A stretch of 64,000 nt of DNA from an uncultured Eubacteriales bacterium (GCA_905211265.1 CAJMAC010000007.1:905-64904); one strand, 5' to 3'; shown: positions 51,942 to 63,219, numbered from the stretch's first letter. Notes: a model not told the origin generated them from the letters alone. Numbers and translations are program-made.

Positions 51942-54900
51942 TATAGGTTTAATTAGTGAAAATGATAACTCTACTGTATTGGCTGAATATAAAGGATTAA
52001 ATAGGAAAGTTCCATCTTTTCAAAGCGAAGACACTTTAGAAAAAGAATTAATCAAAACCTTAGTTGAACAGGGGTATGAAAGATTAAATATAAACTCTGA
52101 AGATGAATTGATTCTTAATTTAAGAAGACAGTTAGAAAAACTTAATAATTATAGTTTTAGTGATGGAGAATGGGATGATTTTTTTACTAAAGTAATAGCA
52201 AATAAAAATGATTATATTATTGAAAAGACAAGACTTATTCAAGAAGATTATAAACAAGAAATAAATCTTGATTCAGGTGAAAAGAAAAATATCTATTTAA
52301 TAGATAAGAATAATATTCATAACAATAGTCTTCAAGTATTAAATCAATATATTAATAATGAAGGTAATTATGGTAACAGATATGATGTTACAATTCTAGT
52401 GAATGGTCTTCCTTTAGTTCATGTAGAGCTAAAAAAAAGAGGAGTAGATTTAAGAGAGGCATTTAACCAAATAGAAAGATATCAAAGAGATTCATTTTGG
52501 GCTGGTTCAGGATTATATAACTTTGTTCAAATATTTGTTATATCAAATGGAACATTAACTAAGTATTACTCAAATACTACAAGAGAGTTTCATATTAACA
52601 ATCAAAAGAAAAAGAAATCCAACTCATTTGAATTTACTTCATACTGGGCAGATCAAAAGAATAATGGAATCACAGATTTAATAGATTTTGCTAAAACTTT
52701 CTTTACAAAACATACATTATTAAATATATTAACTAAATATTGTGTATTTACAAGTGAGGAAGATTTATTAGTAATGCGTCCATATCAAATAGTAGCAACT
52801 GAAAAGATTTTAAATAGAATAACTATTGCATATAATAATAAATTTTATGGAACTTTAAAATCAGGTGGTTATATTTGGCATACAACAGGTTCTGGAAAAA
52901 CACTTACATCATTTAAAACTTCACAACTTGCTAGTAAATTAGATTTTATTGATAAAGTATTATTTGTTGTAGATAGAAAAGACTTAGATTATCAAACAAT
53001 GAAAGAATACGATAGATTTAAAGAGGGAGCAGCTAACTCTAATACTTCAACGAAAATATTAGAAGGACAATTAAATGATCCTAATGCTAAGATAATAATA
53101 ACTACAATACAAAAGCTATCTCAATTTATAAAGAAAAATGAAAATAGTAATGTATTTGATAAACATGTAGTATTTATTTTTGATGAATGTCATAGGTCAC
53201 AGTTTGGTGATATGCATAAGGCAATTATTAAAAAATTTAAAAAATATTATTTATTTGGATTTACAGGAACGCCAATATTTCCAGAGAATGCTAGAACGAT
53301 TAAAGGTATATCGGAAACAACGGAACAAATCTTTGGCGAGCGATTACATACTTATACAATAGTTAATGCTATAGCAGATAAGAATGTCTTACCGTTTAGA
53401 TATGAGTATGTTGGTAGAGTTGATATAGCAAATAACGTTAAAGATGAAAAAATATATAATATAGATGAAGAAAAATTATTTGATAATCAAATACGTATAA
53501 GTCTTATTACTGATTATATAATAGAACATTTTAGTACAAAAACTAAAACAAGTGAAAGTTATGTTTATTCTACATTAGATAATGTAATAGATGTTGCTAA
53601 AAAACGAGATGTAGAAGAAATAAAATCAAAAAAGAATATTAATGGTTTTAATTCAATATTTGCAGTATCAAGTATTAAAATGGCCAAAGAATATTATTCG
53701 GAATTTAAAAAACAGTTGGAATTCAAAAAAAGCAATTTAAAAGTAGCCTTAATATACTCATATGGAGTTAATGGAGAAGATGGAGTTATAGACGAAAATT
53801 CAGAATCAACAGAAGCGTTAAGTATAGATGATAGAACATTCCTAGAAAGAGCTATTAAAGATTATAATAATATGTTTGGAACCAGCTATGATACATCATC
53901 AGAAAAATTTCAAAATTATTATAAAGATGTTTCTTTAAGAATGAAAAATAGAGAAATAGATATACTAATTGTTGCTAATATGTTCTTAACCGGATTCGAT
54001 GCTAAAACATTAAATACATTATGGGTAGATAAGAATTTAAAATGGCATGGATTAATTCAAGCGTTCTCAAGAACAAATAGAATTTTAAATAGTGTTAAGA
54101 CATACGGTAATATTGTTTCATTTAGAAACTTAGAAGATAGACTAAATGAAGCATTAGCTAAGTTTGGAGATGAACAAGCACGTGGTATTGTATTATTAAA
54201 ACCGTATAATGACTATTATTATGGATATAAAGAAGAAAACGGCAAATCATTTGAAGGATATAAATCATTAGTAGAAAAATTAACTTCAAAATTTACCCCA
54301 GGAGAATTAATGCAAAGTGAAACAGAGCAGAAAGAATTTATTAAATTATATAGTGCTATATTAAGAGTAACTAATATTCTATCTTCATTTGATGAGTTTA
54401 AAAATCAAGAATTAATAAATGAAAGAGATAAGCAAGATTATCATAGTGTATATATTGAATTATATAATGAGTTTAGAAACAAAGCAAAACAAGAAAAAAC
54501 GGATGTTACAGGTGATGTAGTATTCGAAATGGAATTAATTAAATCAATTGAAGTAAATATAGATTATATTCTCGGATTAGTCAAGAAATATCATGATTCA
54601 AATATGGAAGATAAAGAAATATTAGTAAACATCCAAAAAGCTATTATGGCAAGTCCAGATTTGAGAAATAAAAAGGACTTAATCATGGCATTTATTGATT
54701 CATTAGATCAGAATTCAAATGTATATACAGACTTTGAATCATTTATGAATAGTAAAAAGAAAGAAGAATTAGATAAAATAATTGCCGAAGAAAATCTTAA
54801 TAAAGAAGAAACTTATAACTTTATTCAAAGATCATTTGAACAGGGAAGAGTGGAAACTAATGGAACAGAGGTATCAACAATACTTCCGCCAATGAATATG

Positions 54901-55002
54901 TTTACTCCAACAAACGATAGACAAGAAAAGAAAAATAAAGTAATAGATAAATTATTAGAGTTTTTTGATAAATTCTTTAGTTTATCTAATAAAAATTTTT
55001 AA
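51934..55002 (+). CDS. hsdR: Type I R-M system restriction/helicase subunit
   Basis: 1022 aa. N-terminal PD-(D/E)xK (DVTILVNGLPLVHVELKK), HTTGSGKT, DECHRSQ, ANMFLTGFDA, QAFSRTNR. Confidence 0.95.
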   Translation: MSSIGLISENDNSTVLAEYKGLNRKVPSFQSEDTLEKELIKTLVEQGYERLNINSEDELILNLRRQLEKLNNYSFSDGEWDDFFTKVIANKNDYIIEKTRLIQEDYKQEINLDSGEKKNIYLIDKNNIHNNSLQVLNQYINNEGNYGNRYDVTILVNGLPLVHVELKKRGVDLREAFNQIERYQRDSFWAGSGLYNFVQIFVISNGTLTKYYSNTTREFHINNQKKKKSNSFEFTSYWADQKNNGITDLIDFAKTFFTKHTLLNILTKYCVFTSEEDLLVMRPYQIVATEKILNRITIAYNNKFYGTLKSGGYIWHTTGSGKTLTSFKTSQLASKLDFIDKVLFVVDRKDLDYQTMKEYDRFKEGAANSNTSTKILEGQLNDPNAKIIITTIQKLSQFIKKNENSNVFDKHVVFIFDECHRSQFGDMHKAIIKKFKKYYLFGFTGTPIFPENARTIKGISETTEQIFGERLHTYTIVNAIADKNVLPFRYEYVGRVDIANNVKDEKIYNIDEEKLFDNQIRISLITDYIIEHFSTKTKTSESYVYSTLDNVIDVAKKRDVEEIKSKKNINGFNSIFAVSSIKMAKEYYSEFKKQLEFKKSNLKVALIYSYGVNGEDGVIDENSESTEALSIDDRTFLERAIKDYNNMFGTSYDTSSEKFQNYYKDVSLRMKNREIDILIVANMFLTGFDAKTLNTLWVDKNLKWHGLIQAFSRTNRILNSVKTYGNIVSFRNLEDRLNEALAKFGDEQARGIVLLKPYNDYYYGYKEENGKSFEGYKSLVEKLTSKFTPGELMQSETEQKEFIKLYSAILRVTNILSSFDEFKNQELINERDKQDYHSVYIELYNEFRNKAKQEKTDVTGDVVFEMELIKSIEVNIDYILGLVKKYHDSNMEDKEILVNIQKAIMASPDLRNKKDLIMAFIDSLDQNSNVYTDFESFMNSKKKEELDKIIAEENLNKEETYNFIQRSFEQGRVETNGTEVSTILPPMNMFTPTNDRQEKKNKVIDKLLEFFDKFFSLSNKNF

Positions 55003-55093
55003 GAAGTCTATAAAATTTATGATATAATACATAAAGAATAGAGTATATTTCATTTTTAAGATGAAATATATTCTTTTTTAGTAGGAGGTAGTA

Positions 55094-55963
55094 ATGAAAA
55101 AGTCAAAGATAAGAGGTTATATTTACGATCTCGAACATAAAAACAAGAATTTTTCTTTTGATAAAACTTTGAGAATATTAGATATAGGCAATGCAATTTA
55201 CATAGATATGATTGAAAAAACTAAATTCAAAGAAATATCTGATTATAAAAAGTCTAAATATATGTTTAAAGAAATATCAGAAGAACTTGAGGAAATTATT
55301 AATTTATTAAGTAAAGAAAAAACTCTTATGGCTGTGTGTTTATTAAGAAATGTTTTTGAAGAAATAATGTATATAATGGCGACAACTATAGAAAATATTG
55401 ATATTGATGTAATGACTAAAGCTAACTATTTTTATAAAATAGTTGCGGAACATTGTGATGAGCTTTTATTTAGTTATACATCCGAAGATATAAAAGAATT
55501 ATACAGTTATATGTCTAAAATTACACATGTTACGAATGTAAAAGAAGCAACGAGTTATTTAGTTGGCAATAAAAAAATAAAAAAGTATATTAATAATGAG
55601 ATTAAATATGTAGAATTAATTATTGAGAATATTTATTTGGAATTTATTAACAAAAAATTAAAAATAGATAATAATATGTGTGATAATATTATGATTATTT
55701 CAAGTTATGTTGATTTAATAAATGTAATATATTTTACTGCCAACTCTATCGGGGAACACAAAAGAATAGAATTATACTTTTATGGAGAAAAAAATCAAAA
55801 ATATTTAAATGAAAAACGCGAACAAATGATTCGAGAATTTAAAGAACTTCAAAACTCTAATGTTAAAATTACTAAAACCATAAATGTGATTTCAAAAGAA
55901 TTAGATAAACAAATAATGGAAAGAAATTATACAGAAATAGTTAAAAGACTAATTGATACATAA
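55094..55963 (+). CDS. Hypothetical helical protein (289 aa)
   Basis: GGAGG RBS. No motif. Confidence 0.5.
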   Translation: MKKSKIRGYIYDLEHKNKNFSFDKTLRILDIGNAIYIDMIEKTKFKEISDYKKSKYMFKEISEELEEIINLLSKEKTLMAVCLLRNVFEEIMYIMATTIENIDIDVMTKANYFYKIVAEHCDELLFSYTSEDIKELYSYMSKITHVTNVKEATSYLVGNKKIKKYINNEIKYVELIIENIYLEFINKKLKIDNNMCDNIMIISSYVDLINVIYFTANSIGEHKRIELYFYGEKNQKYLNEKREQMIREFKELQNSNVKITKTINVISKELDKQIMERNYTEIVKRLIDT

Positions 55964-56397
55964 GTAAGAATTGAACTTACGATTAATAACGCAAAAGGAA
56001 TAAGGTTTAAAATAAAAATGTAAAATTATCCTACAAAAAAACCGTCAATAAAGGTACTAAAATCAGTAGTACATTGTATGCACACTCGTTAAAAATAGTA
56101 ATTGTTAGCAGGCATTGACTGAAAATCTCTATTTTAAAACTGGAAATTGTTTATCAAAGATAAGGTTCCGTAATCTTAAATATAGATATGAAATCTAATG
56201 ACACACTCATTTGTACTCCAGAGATAATCGACACATATAAATATATGAGTTTAAGAAACTAGTCTTAACACAACTCATATCCCGTGCTCTGTAGTATACC
56301 AGATAACAATTTACTATTATAACAAAGGAAAAGTATATATTTTCACTACTGTTTGTGCCTTAAACGAATGTAGCGAAGTAGAAAGGAATGATTAGAA

Positions 56398-59300
56398 ATG
56401 GAGTATAAAAGATTAAATGATAAAAATAGAAAGTATATGACAGATGGTATAAATAATTATCTAAATTTTGAATGGGAAGATAACCATTTGATTGATCAAA
56501 TTATAAGAAAAATTGACGATATTTATCCATATTCCTCTGATCCACAGGATTTTATTGATGATAAGTATTATTTAGATGAAATTAATAAGCTTTTTAGATT
56601 ATTATTTGATAGAAAGTTAGATAAGACAGACTTCTTAGATAAATTAGAAGATCTGTTTAATGAAATGTTAATTAAATATCCATCGTTAAGCTATCAATAT
56701 AGGTACAATATTAATATGTATAAAGAAATCATTTCTAAATCAAACAGGTTAATTATAAAAGGTTGTGGTGGAATAGGTAAAAGCTATTTTATATATAAAT
56801 TAGAAGAAACTCTTAGCGAAAACAATATAGATCATCTATGCGTTTATGGAAAGTATAATGATTCCATAGTCGAAACTATATATGATGAAGTAAAAAATAA
56901 GAAAAAGGATTTCTACTTTGTTATTGATGCACTAAATGAGTTTAATGAAAGTGAACAGCAAAAAATATTAAATTCTCTTGAACATATTCAAAAGAAGAAA
57001 AATATAAATATTATTATTACTTATAGAACTTCTTCATTAAAGAATAGTATAGTTGAACATTTAAACAGACTCTTAATAAATGAATACGACTTTAAAGGAG
57101 TAAATTTTGAATCAAGTATATTAAAGTTGATTGAAACGTATGGAGTTGAAGTTGTTAGATTAATTGATGTAATTGAATCAAATAATCCTTTATATTTAAC
57201 AATGTTAAATAAGATTCTATTTAATTCAAAAATTAAGGGAGAGAAACTTCCAAGTATAGCACAAATGACTTTTATAATGGAAAGTTATATTAAGGGAATA
57301 TGTGGATTAGAAAATTGGAAACTCGTGAAAGAAATTGGCTCATATATGTTTGATAATAGTAAGATTTCAATAACTGAAGATGAATTAAAAACTATCGCAG
57401 GAAATAAATTTGACCATTTTGTCGAAAAAATGATTCAAAATGATTTCATAGGTTCATATGAGAATGGTAATACAGTGCACTTTTTATTTACTATACAGGG
57501 ATTGTCAGATTATATTATAGCTAGATCATTATTTGATTTTATAAATGATAAAGAAGAAAATGATATTGTTAATATTATTAACGAAAAATTAAACAAAATG
57601 TATTCAATGCATGAAGCATTTGCACTAGTTCTATTAGATAAGTATAAAGACAAAGATATTAATATGGCTCTTCGCATTATATTTAAATCAGATATAGGCA
57701 AAGAACTAGATATAGAAATATTTAAAAAAATTTCATTCAATAATAGACAAATAAAGTGTATACAAGAATTTATTAAGTATGAAAATGTACAAAATCTTTT
57801 CTTGTTATTAGGTGGATATTCTAACAAACCTTTTAATTGCAAAAATTACTTGAATCAAAAAATATTTGATAATGAGAATATCCAAAAAAATTTATTGGTA
57901 AAATATAGGGAATCTAGATATTTAATGCATTTAAAAAATATTGAATATGCTTTGCCATTTCTAGAAAAAGAGATTGATATGTTAGAAGAGTATTTTTATT
58001 ATGCTTTTTGGTTAATGTCTGTACCGGTTGAGAGAATAAGAAAATTAGCAATAAAAGTTGTGTATGATATTTCCTGCAAAAACAATAAATTTGCCAGTTA
58101 TTTAATTGAGTTTTATAATAATATTAATGAACTATACATCAAAAAAGGGATAATACACGTTTTAACCAAACTTTCTAAAACGAGAAAAATAACAAATTTT
58201 ATAAAAAGTGTATATTACAATCCAGAAGAAATCGATGCTGAAATAGTATATAGAACATCTGTTTATTTGAACAAAGAAAATGAATATCAGTTACTAAACA
58301 AGAAAAATTTAAACACTGCTATTTCTAAAGATGTAAGTATAGATTTAAAATTGGATTTAAAACAAGTTATCTTTATTGCAGATATATATGAAAAAAATTT
58401 ACTTAAATTTGAACGATATACTGCTGGAAATACTTTATCATTGTATAATAATTTTATTTTAAATAATAGCAAAGAAATATATGAATATAACAATAAATTG
58501 TGCAAACAATTTAGCTGTATAAAGAATAATGGTTTTTGTAAATATTCTATGGGAAATAATATGTTTAAAGATTATGTGGAAACAATCAATATTGTTAATA
58601 TCGCTCCTGAAAGAATGTTTATATTGTTTCAAGAAATATTCAAAAAGATATGTGATATATATGGATACAACTGCTATGAAAAAGAAAAATTTGATATTCA
58701 TTTAAATAAATTCGAAGATTCACTACTAAAGAAAATCTTGCTATTAAGTCAGGATATTTTATTAGGATCGTTAATGACTAATTATTACACAAATGAGTTT
58801 AGTGTATATAACGATGACCAAAACTTTGGATATAAAAATTATTCTTATATTATGTATGATGAAGAAAAAATCTATTTAACTTCTCCTGTCAGTCCATATA
58901 ATGAATTGATTGATAAGTTGAATAATAAAGTATGTGAAACAGTTGAATTATATAAAAATAATAATTATAGATGGTTTAAAAATAAAAAGGTTTCAATAGA
59001 TAACTGCTGTAAAATGACGAAGCCGATAGTATACGACAATAATAGTTGGAGTCTAATAGGAGGAAATATCCATTTGTTCGTAGCTAATTTTATAAATGTT
59101 TATTATTCATGCTATATGGCTTTTAATTCTCAAAAAAAATTAGTAGGTGATGAAGATTCAAACTATTTAACAATTGAAAATAAAAAGTATTATGGTAATG
59201 TAAGTGACTATTCATCTGAAAAATATAGTAAAAACATGGATATCCCAAATTTTGAATCAAATTCTTTAGATATAAAAGAAACTAACATGGCGTTTCCACC

Positions 59301-59745
59301 ACCAAACTTAGTTAAGTATCTAAATTTAAAATATAATTTTAAAACATCTTCATGGGATGATAATGATGGTAATCAAATTATACTTTGTGATAACAATATT
59401 AAGAATTTTTATAAATATCCAGTGTCAGGTGCTATTTATATTAGAACAGATATATTAGAAGAATTAAAAAAACATAATAATGTAATTTATTGGTGTTATA
59501 CAGAAAAGTTATATAAAAACTATGGATGGAATGAAAAAGCAAGTTTACACCTAGAATTAGATTCAAACGGTAATGTAACAAAAGAATTTAACAATAATAA
59601 TTTATCATACTCTGAAAAAAGAATTCCATTAAAATGTAAAAGATGCAAGTATAATATTTATGAAAAACATAGTAAAATTTCAAATGATGATACAATTAAA
59701 ATAATAAACGATTTGATTAATTATACTAAAGATGATGAACAATAA
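56398..59745 (+). CDS. NACHT-like STAND P-loop NTPase (1115 aa)
   Basis: Walker A IIKGCGGIGKSY and Walker B FYFVIDALNEF (the hhhhDxLDE pattern of NACHT), then IIITYRTSS. A long helical-repeat middle region. The unknown ~350-aa C-terminal region ends with a CKRCKYNIY Cys pair. Confidence 0.65.
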   Translation: MEYKRLNDKNRKYMTDGINNYLNFEWEDNHLIDQIIRKIDDIYPYSSDPQDFIDDKYYLDEINKLFRLLFDRKLDKTDFLDKLEDLFNEMLIKYPSLSYQYRYNINMYKEIISKSNRLIIKGCGGIGKSYFIYKLEETLSENNIDHLCVYGKYNDSIVETIYDEVKNKKKDFYFVIDALNEFNESEQQKILNSLEHIQKKKNINIIITYRTSSLKNSIVEHLNRLLINEYDFKGVNFESSILKLIETYGVEVVRLIDVIESNNPLYLTMLNKILFNSKIKGEKLPSIAQMTFIMESYIKGICGLENWKLVKEIGSYMFDNSKISITEDELKTIAGNKFDHFVEKMIQNDFIGSYENGNTVHFLFTIQGLSDYIIARSLFDFINDKEENDIVNIINEKLNKMYSMHEAFALVLLDKYKDKDINMALRIIFKSDIGKELDIEIFKKISFNNRQIKCIQEFIKYENVQNLFLLLGGYSNKPFNCKNYLNQKIFDNENIQKNLLVKYRESRYLMHLKNIEYALPFLEKEIDMLEEYFYYAFWLMSVPVERIRKLAIKVVYDISCKNNKFASYLIEFYNNINELYIKKGIIHVLTKLSKTRKITNFIKSVYYNPEEIDAEIVYRTSVYLNKENEYQLLNKKNLNTAISKDVSIDLKLDLKQVIFIADIYEKNLLKFERYTAGNTLSLYNNFILNNSKEIYEYNNKLCKQFSCIKNNGFCKYSMGNNMFKDYVETINIVNIAPERMFILFQEIFKKICDIYGYNCYEKEKFDIHLNKFEDSLLKKILLLSQDILLGSLMTNYYTNEFSVYNDDQNFGYKNYSYIMYDEEKIYLTSPVSPYNELIDKLNNKVCETVELYKNNNYRWFKNKKVSIDNCCKMTKPIVYDNNSWSLIGGNIHLFVANFINVYYSCYMAFNSQKKLVGDEDSNYLTIENKKYYGNVSDYSSEKYSKNMDIPNFESNSLDIKETNMAFPPPNLVKYLNLKYNFKTSSWDDNDGNQIILCDNNIKNFYKYPVSGAIYIRTDILEELKKHNNVIYWCYTEKLYKNYGWNEKASLHLELDSNGNVTKEFNNNNLSYSEKRIPLKCKRCKYNIYEKHSKISNDDTIKIINDLINYTKDDEQ

Positions 59746-60623
59746 AATAAAAGTTGAATCAGTTCTTTCTTTATAACATAAAAATAAAATTTTCGCAGCT
59801 TTAAAATTAAATTATGCTTATCAGTATCCAACTTAATTTAAATAGTTATCAAGCAACCATCTTAGCCTTTGCTTAGTAAATTATTAGCACATCGTGAATT
59901 TACTATAATAGGAATAGTTTAATTAATTTTTGAATCATTCATAATAATAACTAAAAAAAGATACATTATCATTAATTGTAGTAATAAATCTATATTTACT
60001 AAGTAGAAGATAACTATTTATGTAATTCATCATTAGTCTCCTTATTGATGCATACAATTGGCCTTAGAAATTCGATATCTATATTAAAGTATTGAATAAC
60101 CATTTTATTAGAAACACAATGAGATGGTAAGTGTTTATCTGAATTCTTTTTCCTAAAGTCTGCCTCTATAGTTTTTTTATTCTATCTGCAGTAGATGAAA
60201 GTATATTAAGTATTTCTCTAGCTTTCAATGTAATATCTTCTCTCAGAAAGTATTGTATTAATCACGTATTTGCTGATAAAATTCAAGATTTTAGGTACGA
60301 AAAATCGTATGTAAAGTGTTAGAGATAACAAATTATAATATAATTATAATGAAAAAATTTGGTATCTCTTAAAGTCTAATTATGTCAACAATTTTTAGCT
60401 AATCAATACATTTATAAAACGAAAAGTACTTTGTTAAAAATAAAATGCTAAATATTTATATAAATATAAATTACCAATGAAGAGAGTAACTATTCATTAG
60501 CAAAAGACTTACTCAACATCACAAACGATGTACTAAGTCTTTTTTTTGATACCTTACAAACTTGTAATATAAAACCCACTAAAATAATGATATAATATAA
60601 TTACAGAAAGAAGGACTAAATAT

Positions 60624-61286
60624 ATGAAAAAAATAATGATAATCGAAGATGATACTATTATATCTAAAGAATTATATGAATTACTAGTAAATGCAGGATA
60701 TAATGTAGTAATACTAAAAGACTTTGCTAATGCCAAAGAAGAAGTGTTAAAAAGTAATATAGATTTAATCTTATTAGATATAAATATTCCATATCAAAAT
60801 GGAGAACAACTACTTAAAGAGCTAAGAAAATGCTCTAATATACCAGTAATAATGGTAACCTCAAGAAATACTGAAACAGATGAAATACTATCTATCTCAT
60901 ATGGTGCAGATGACTATATAACCAAACCATATAATCCTACAATTTTATTACTTAGAATTCAAAATATATTTAAAAGATTAGATAGTACCAGTGAAGTATT
61001 AAAATATAAAGATTTAGAAGTCTCACTATCTCGTGGTACCTTATTTGGTAATAATAAAGAATTAGAACTTACTAAAAATGAAATGCTAATATTCCAACAC
61101 TTACTAAATAATCAAAATAGAATAGTATCAAGAGATGAACTAATGACTATTTTATGGAATAATGAAGAATACATAAATGATAATGCTCTAACTGTAAATA
61201 TCAGTAGACTAAGAAGTAAATTAGAAGGCTTTGGCTACCCAAATGCCATAGAAACAAGAAAAGGACAAGGTTACATATTACTATGA
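60624..61286 (+). CDS. OmpR-family response regulator (BceR-like)
   Basis: IMIIEDD...LLDINIPYQNG...VIMVTSR. C-terminal trans_reg_C (LTKNEMLIFQHLL...ETRKGQGY). Confidence 0.9.
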   Translation: MKKIMIIEDDTIISKELYELLVNAGYNVVILKDFANAKEEVLKSNIDLILLDINIPYQNGEQLLKELRKCSNIPVIMVTSRNTETDEILSISYGADDYITKPYNPTILLLRIQNIFKRLDSTSEVLKYKDLEVSLSRGTLFGNNKELELTKNEMLIFQHLLNNQNRIVSRDELMTILWNNEEYINDNALTVNISRLRSKLEGFGYPNAIETRKGQGYILL

Positions 61287-62302
61287 AATTAACAAGTTAC
61301 ATAAAAAGTAAAATAAATATAATTATCATTTCTATCATATCAATAACCTTAATAATACTATTAGATTTAACATTTAAAGTACCAAAAGAATTAATAATAG
61401 TAACATCATTCCTCCTTATAATAACATTAATAATATCACTACTAATAACATACTTTCAAAAAAGAAATTTTTATAACACATTAATAACCAACACCAAGAA
61501 TCTAGATAAAAAATACTTAGTCCTAGAAACATTACCAAAACCAAATACCTACGAAGAAGAACTAATATATAACACCCTATATGACATAAATAAATCAATG
61601 ATAGAAAATGTAACCACTTACATTACCAGTACCAAAGACTTTAAAGACTATATAGAAATGTGGATACACGAAGTAAAAATACCCATATCAAGCCTAATTC
61701 TTATGACTCATAATCATAAAGATAAAATACCACAAGAATACTTTGAAGAAATAAGAAGACTAGATAACTATATAGACCAAATCCTTTACTATGTAAGAAG
61801 TAATTACACTAGCGAAGACTTTATCTTTAAAAAAGTAAAATTAGAAAAAGTAATATCACAAGTAGCATTAAAAAACAAAGATGACCTATTAGAAAATAAA
61901 ATAGACTTAATCGTAGATATAAAAAATACAGAAGTCTATACCGATACCAAATGGTTAGAATTCATTTTAAATCAAATTATCAATAACAGTATCAAATACA
62001 AAAAAGATATTCCAAACTCTTATATCCAAATAAAAGCCCATGAAGACAATAACCAAGTAACACTATTGGTTAAAGATAATGGCATAGGAATACCTGAAAG
62101 TGATATACCTAATGTCTTTAAAAAATCATTCACAGGTACCAATGGAAGAAATAAAACTAAATCAACTGGAATGGGCCTATACATTGCAAAAAAACTATGT
62201 ACCAAACTAGGACATAAAATAGAAATAGAATCAAAAGAAAAAGAATACACTATCCTTAAAATAACATTAGGCAAAAATAAACTCTATCACCCAGAAGACT
62301 AA
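61283..62302 (+). CDS. Intramembrane-sensing histidine kinase (BceS-like)
   Basis: Two N-terminal TM helices with almost no loop between them. H-box WIHEVKIPIS. HATPase_c motifs NSIKY, DNGIGI, GMGLY. Confidence 0.85.
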   Translation: MKLTSYIKSKINIIIISIISITLIILLDLTFKVPKELIIVTSFLLIITLIISLLITYFQKRNFYNTLITNTKNLDKKYLVLETLPKPNTYEEELIYNTLYDINKSMIENVTTYITSTKDFKDYIEMWIHEVKIPISSLILMTHNHKDKIPQEYFEEIRRLDNYIDQILYYVRSNYTSEDFIFKKVKLEKVISQVALKNKDDLLENKIDLIVDIKNTEVYTDTKWLEFILNQIINNSIKYKKDIPNSYIQIKAHEDNNQVTLLVKDNGIGIPESDIPNVFKKSFTGTNGRNKTKSTGMGLYIAKKLCTKLGHKIEIESKEKEYTILKITLGKNKLYHPED

Positions 62303-62391
62303 CCTTACAAAAAAGTAATATACTGTAATATTAAACTTACGACAAATACCCAACTATTTGATATTATTAATTCATGAAAGGAAGAAAAAAT

Positions 62392-63219
62392 ATGAAAAAT
62401 AATATAGAACACATTAAAGAAAACACTAATGAAAACATCAAAGAAGCAAGCAAAGAAAACATTCTAACAATAGAGAATATTGAAAAATACTATGGAAGTA
62501 AATCAAGTCTAACAAAAGCCATAGACAATATTTCATTCGAAGTAAAACAAGGAGAATTTGTCGCAATAATGGGGTCATCCGGTTCAGGTAAAACAACCTT
62601 ACTAAATTGCATATCTACAGTTGATAGAGTAACCGCAGGACATATCTTCGTAGGTAAAACTGACATAACAAAACTAAAAGGAAATAGTCTAAATAAATTT
62701 AGAAGGGAAGACTTAGGTTTTATCTTTCAAGACTTTAACTTATTAGATACTCTAACAGCATATGAAAATATCGCCTTAGCCTTATCAATTCAAAATATCA
62801 ACTATAAAGAAATAGACAAAAGAATAAATAAAGTGGCTAAAGAACTAGACATTGAATCAGTATTAAAAAAATATCCATATCAAATGAGTGGAGGACAAAA
62901 ACAAAGAGTAGCAGCTGCTCGTGCCATAATAACTAATCCATGCCTAGTCTTAGCAGACGAACCAACCGGTGCCCTAGATTCCAAGTCTTCAAAAATGTTA
63001 TTAGAAAAATTAACATATCTAAATAACAACCTAAAAGCCACAATCCTAATGGTAACACATGATGCCTATGCTGCAAGTTATGCTTCAAGAATAATCTTTA
63101 TAAAAGATGGTAAAATCTATAACGAAATAAGAAAAGGAACAGATACCAGAAAAGAATTCTTCGATAAAATAATAGATGTCGTAACCTTACTAGGAGGAGA
63201 CATAAATGATGCTCTTTAA
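62392..63219 (+). CDS. ABC transporter ATP-binding protein (BceA/MacB-type)
   Basis: Track start is 62374. AAAGGAAG precedes the ATG at 62392. GSSGSGKTT, MSGGQKQRVAAARA, LADEPTGALD. Confidence 0.9.
   Translation: MKNNIEHIKENTNENIKEASKENILTIENIEKYYGSKSSLTKAIDNISFEVKQGEFVAIMGSSGSGKTTLLNCISTVDRVTAGHIFVGKTDITKLKGNSLNKFRREDLGFIFQDFNLLDTLTAYENIALALSIQNINYKEIDKRINKVAKELDIESVLKKYPYQMSGGQKQRVAAARAIITNPCLVLADEPTGALDSKSSKMLLEKLTYLNNNLKATILMVTHDAYAASYASRIIFIKDGKIYNEIRKGTDTRKEFFDKIIDVVTLLGGDINDAL

Noticed and set aside
60421-60440. TACTTTGTT match to the post-terminator sequence at 16596-16604, considered as a third att junction.
   Set aside because: It is only a 9-nt AT-rich match, which could arise by chance in 64 kb. 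There is no CCCCCTGAA core and no adjacent GC hairpin.
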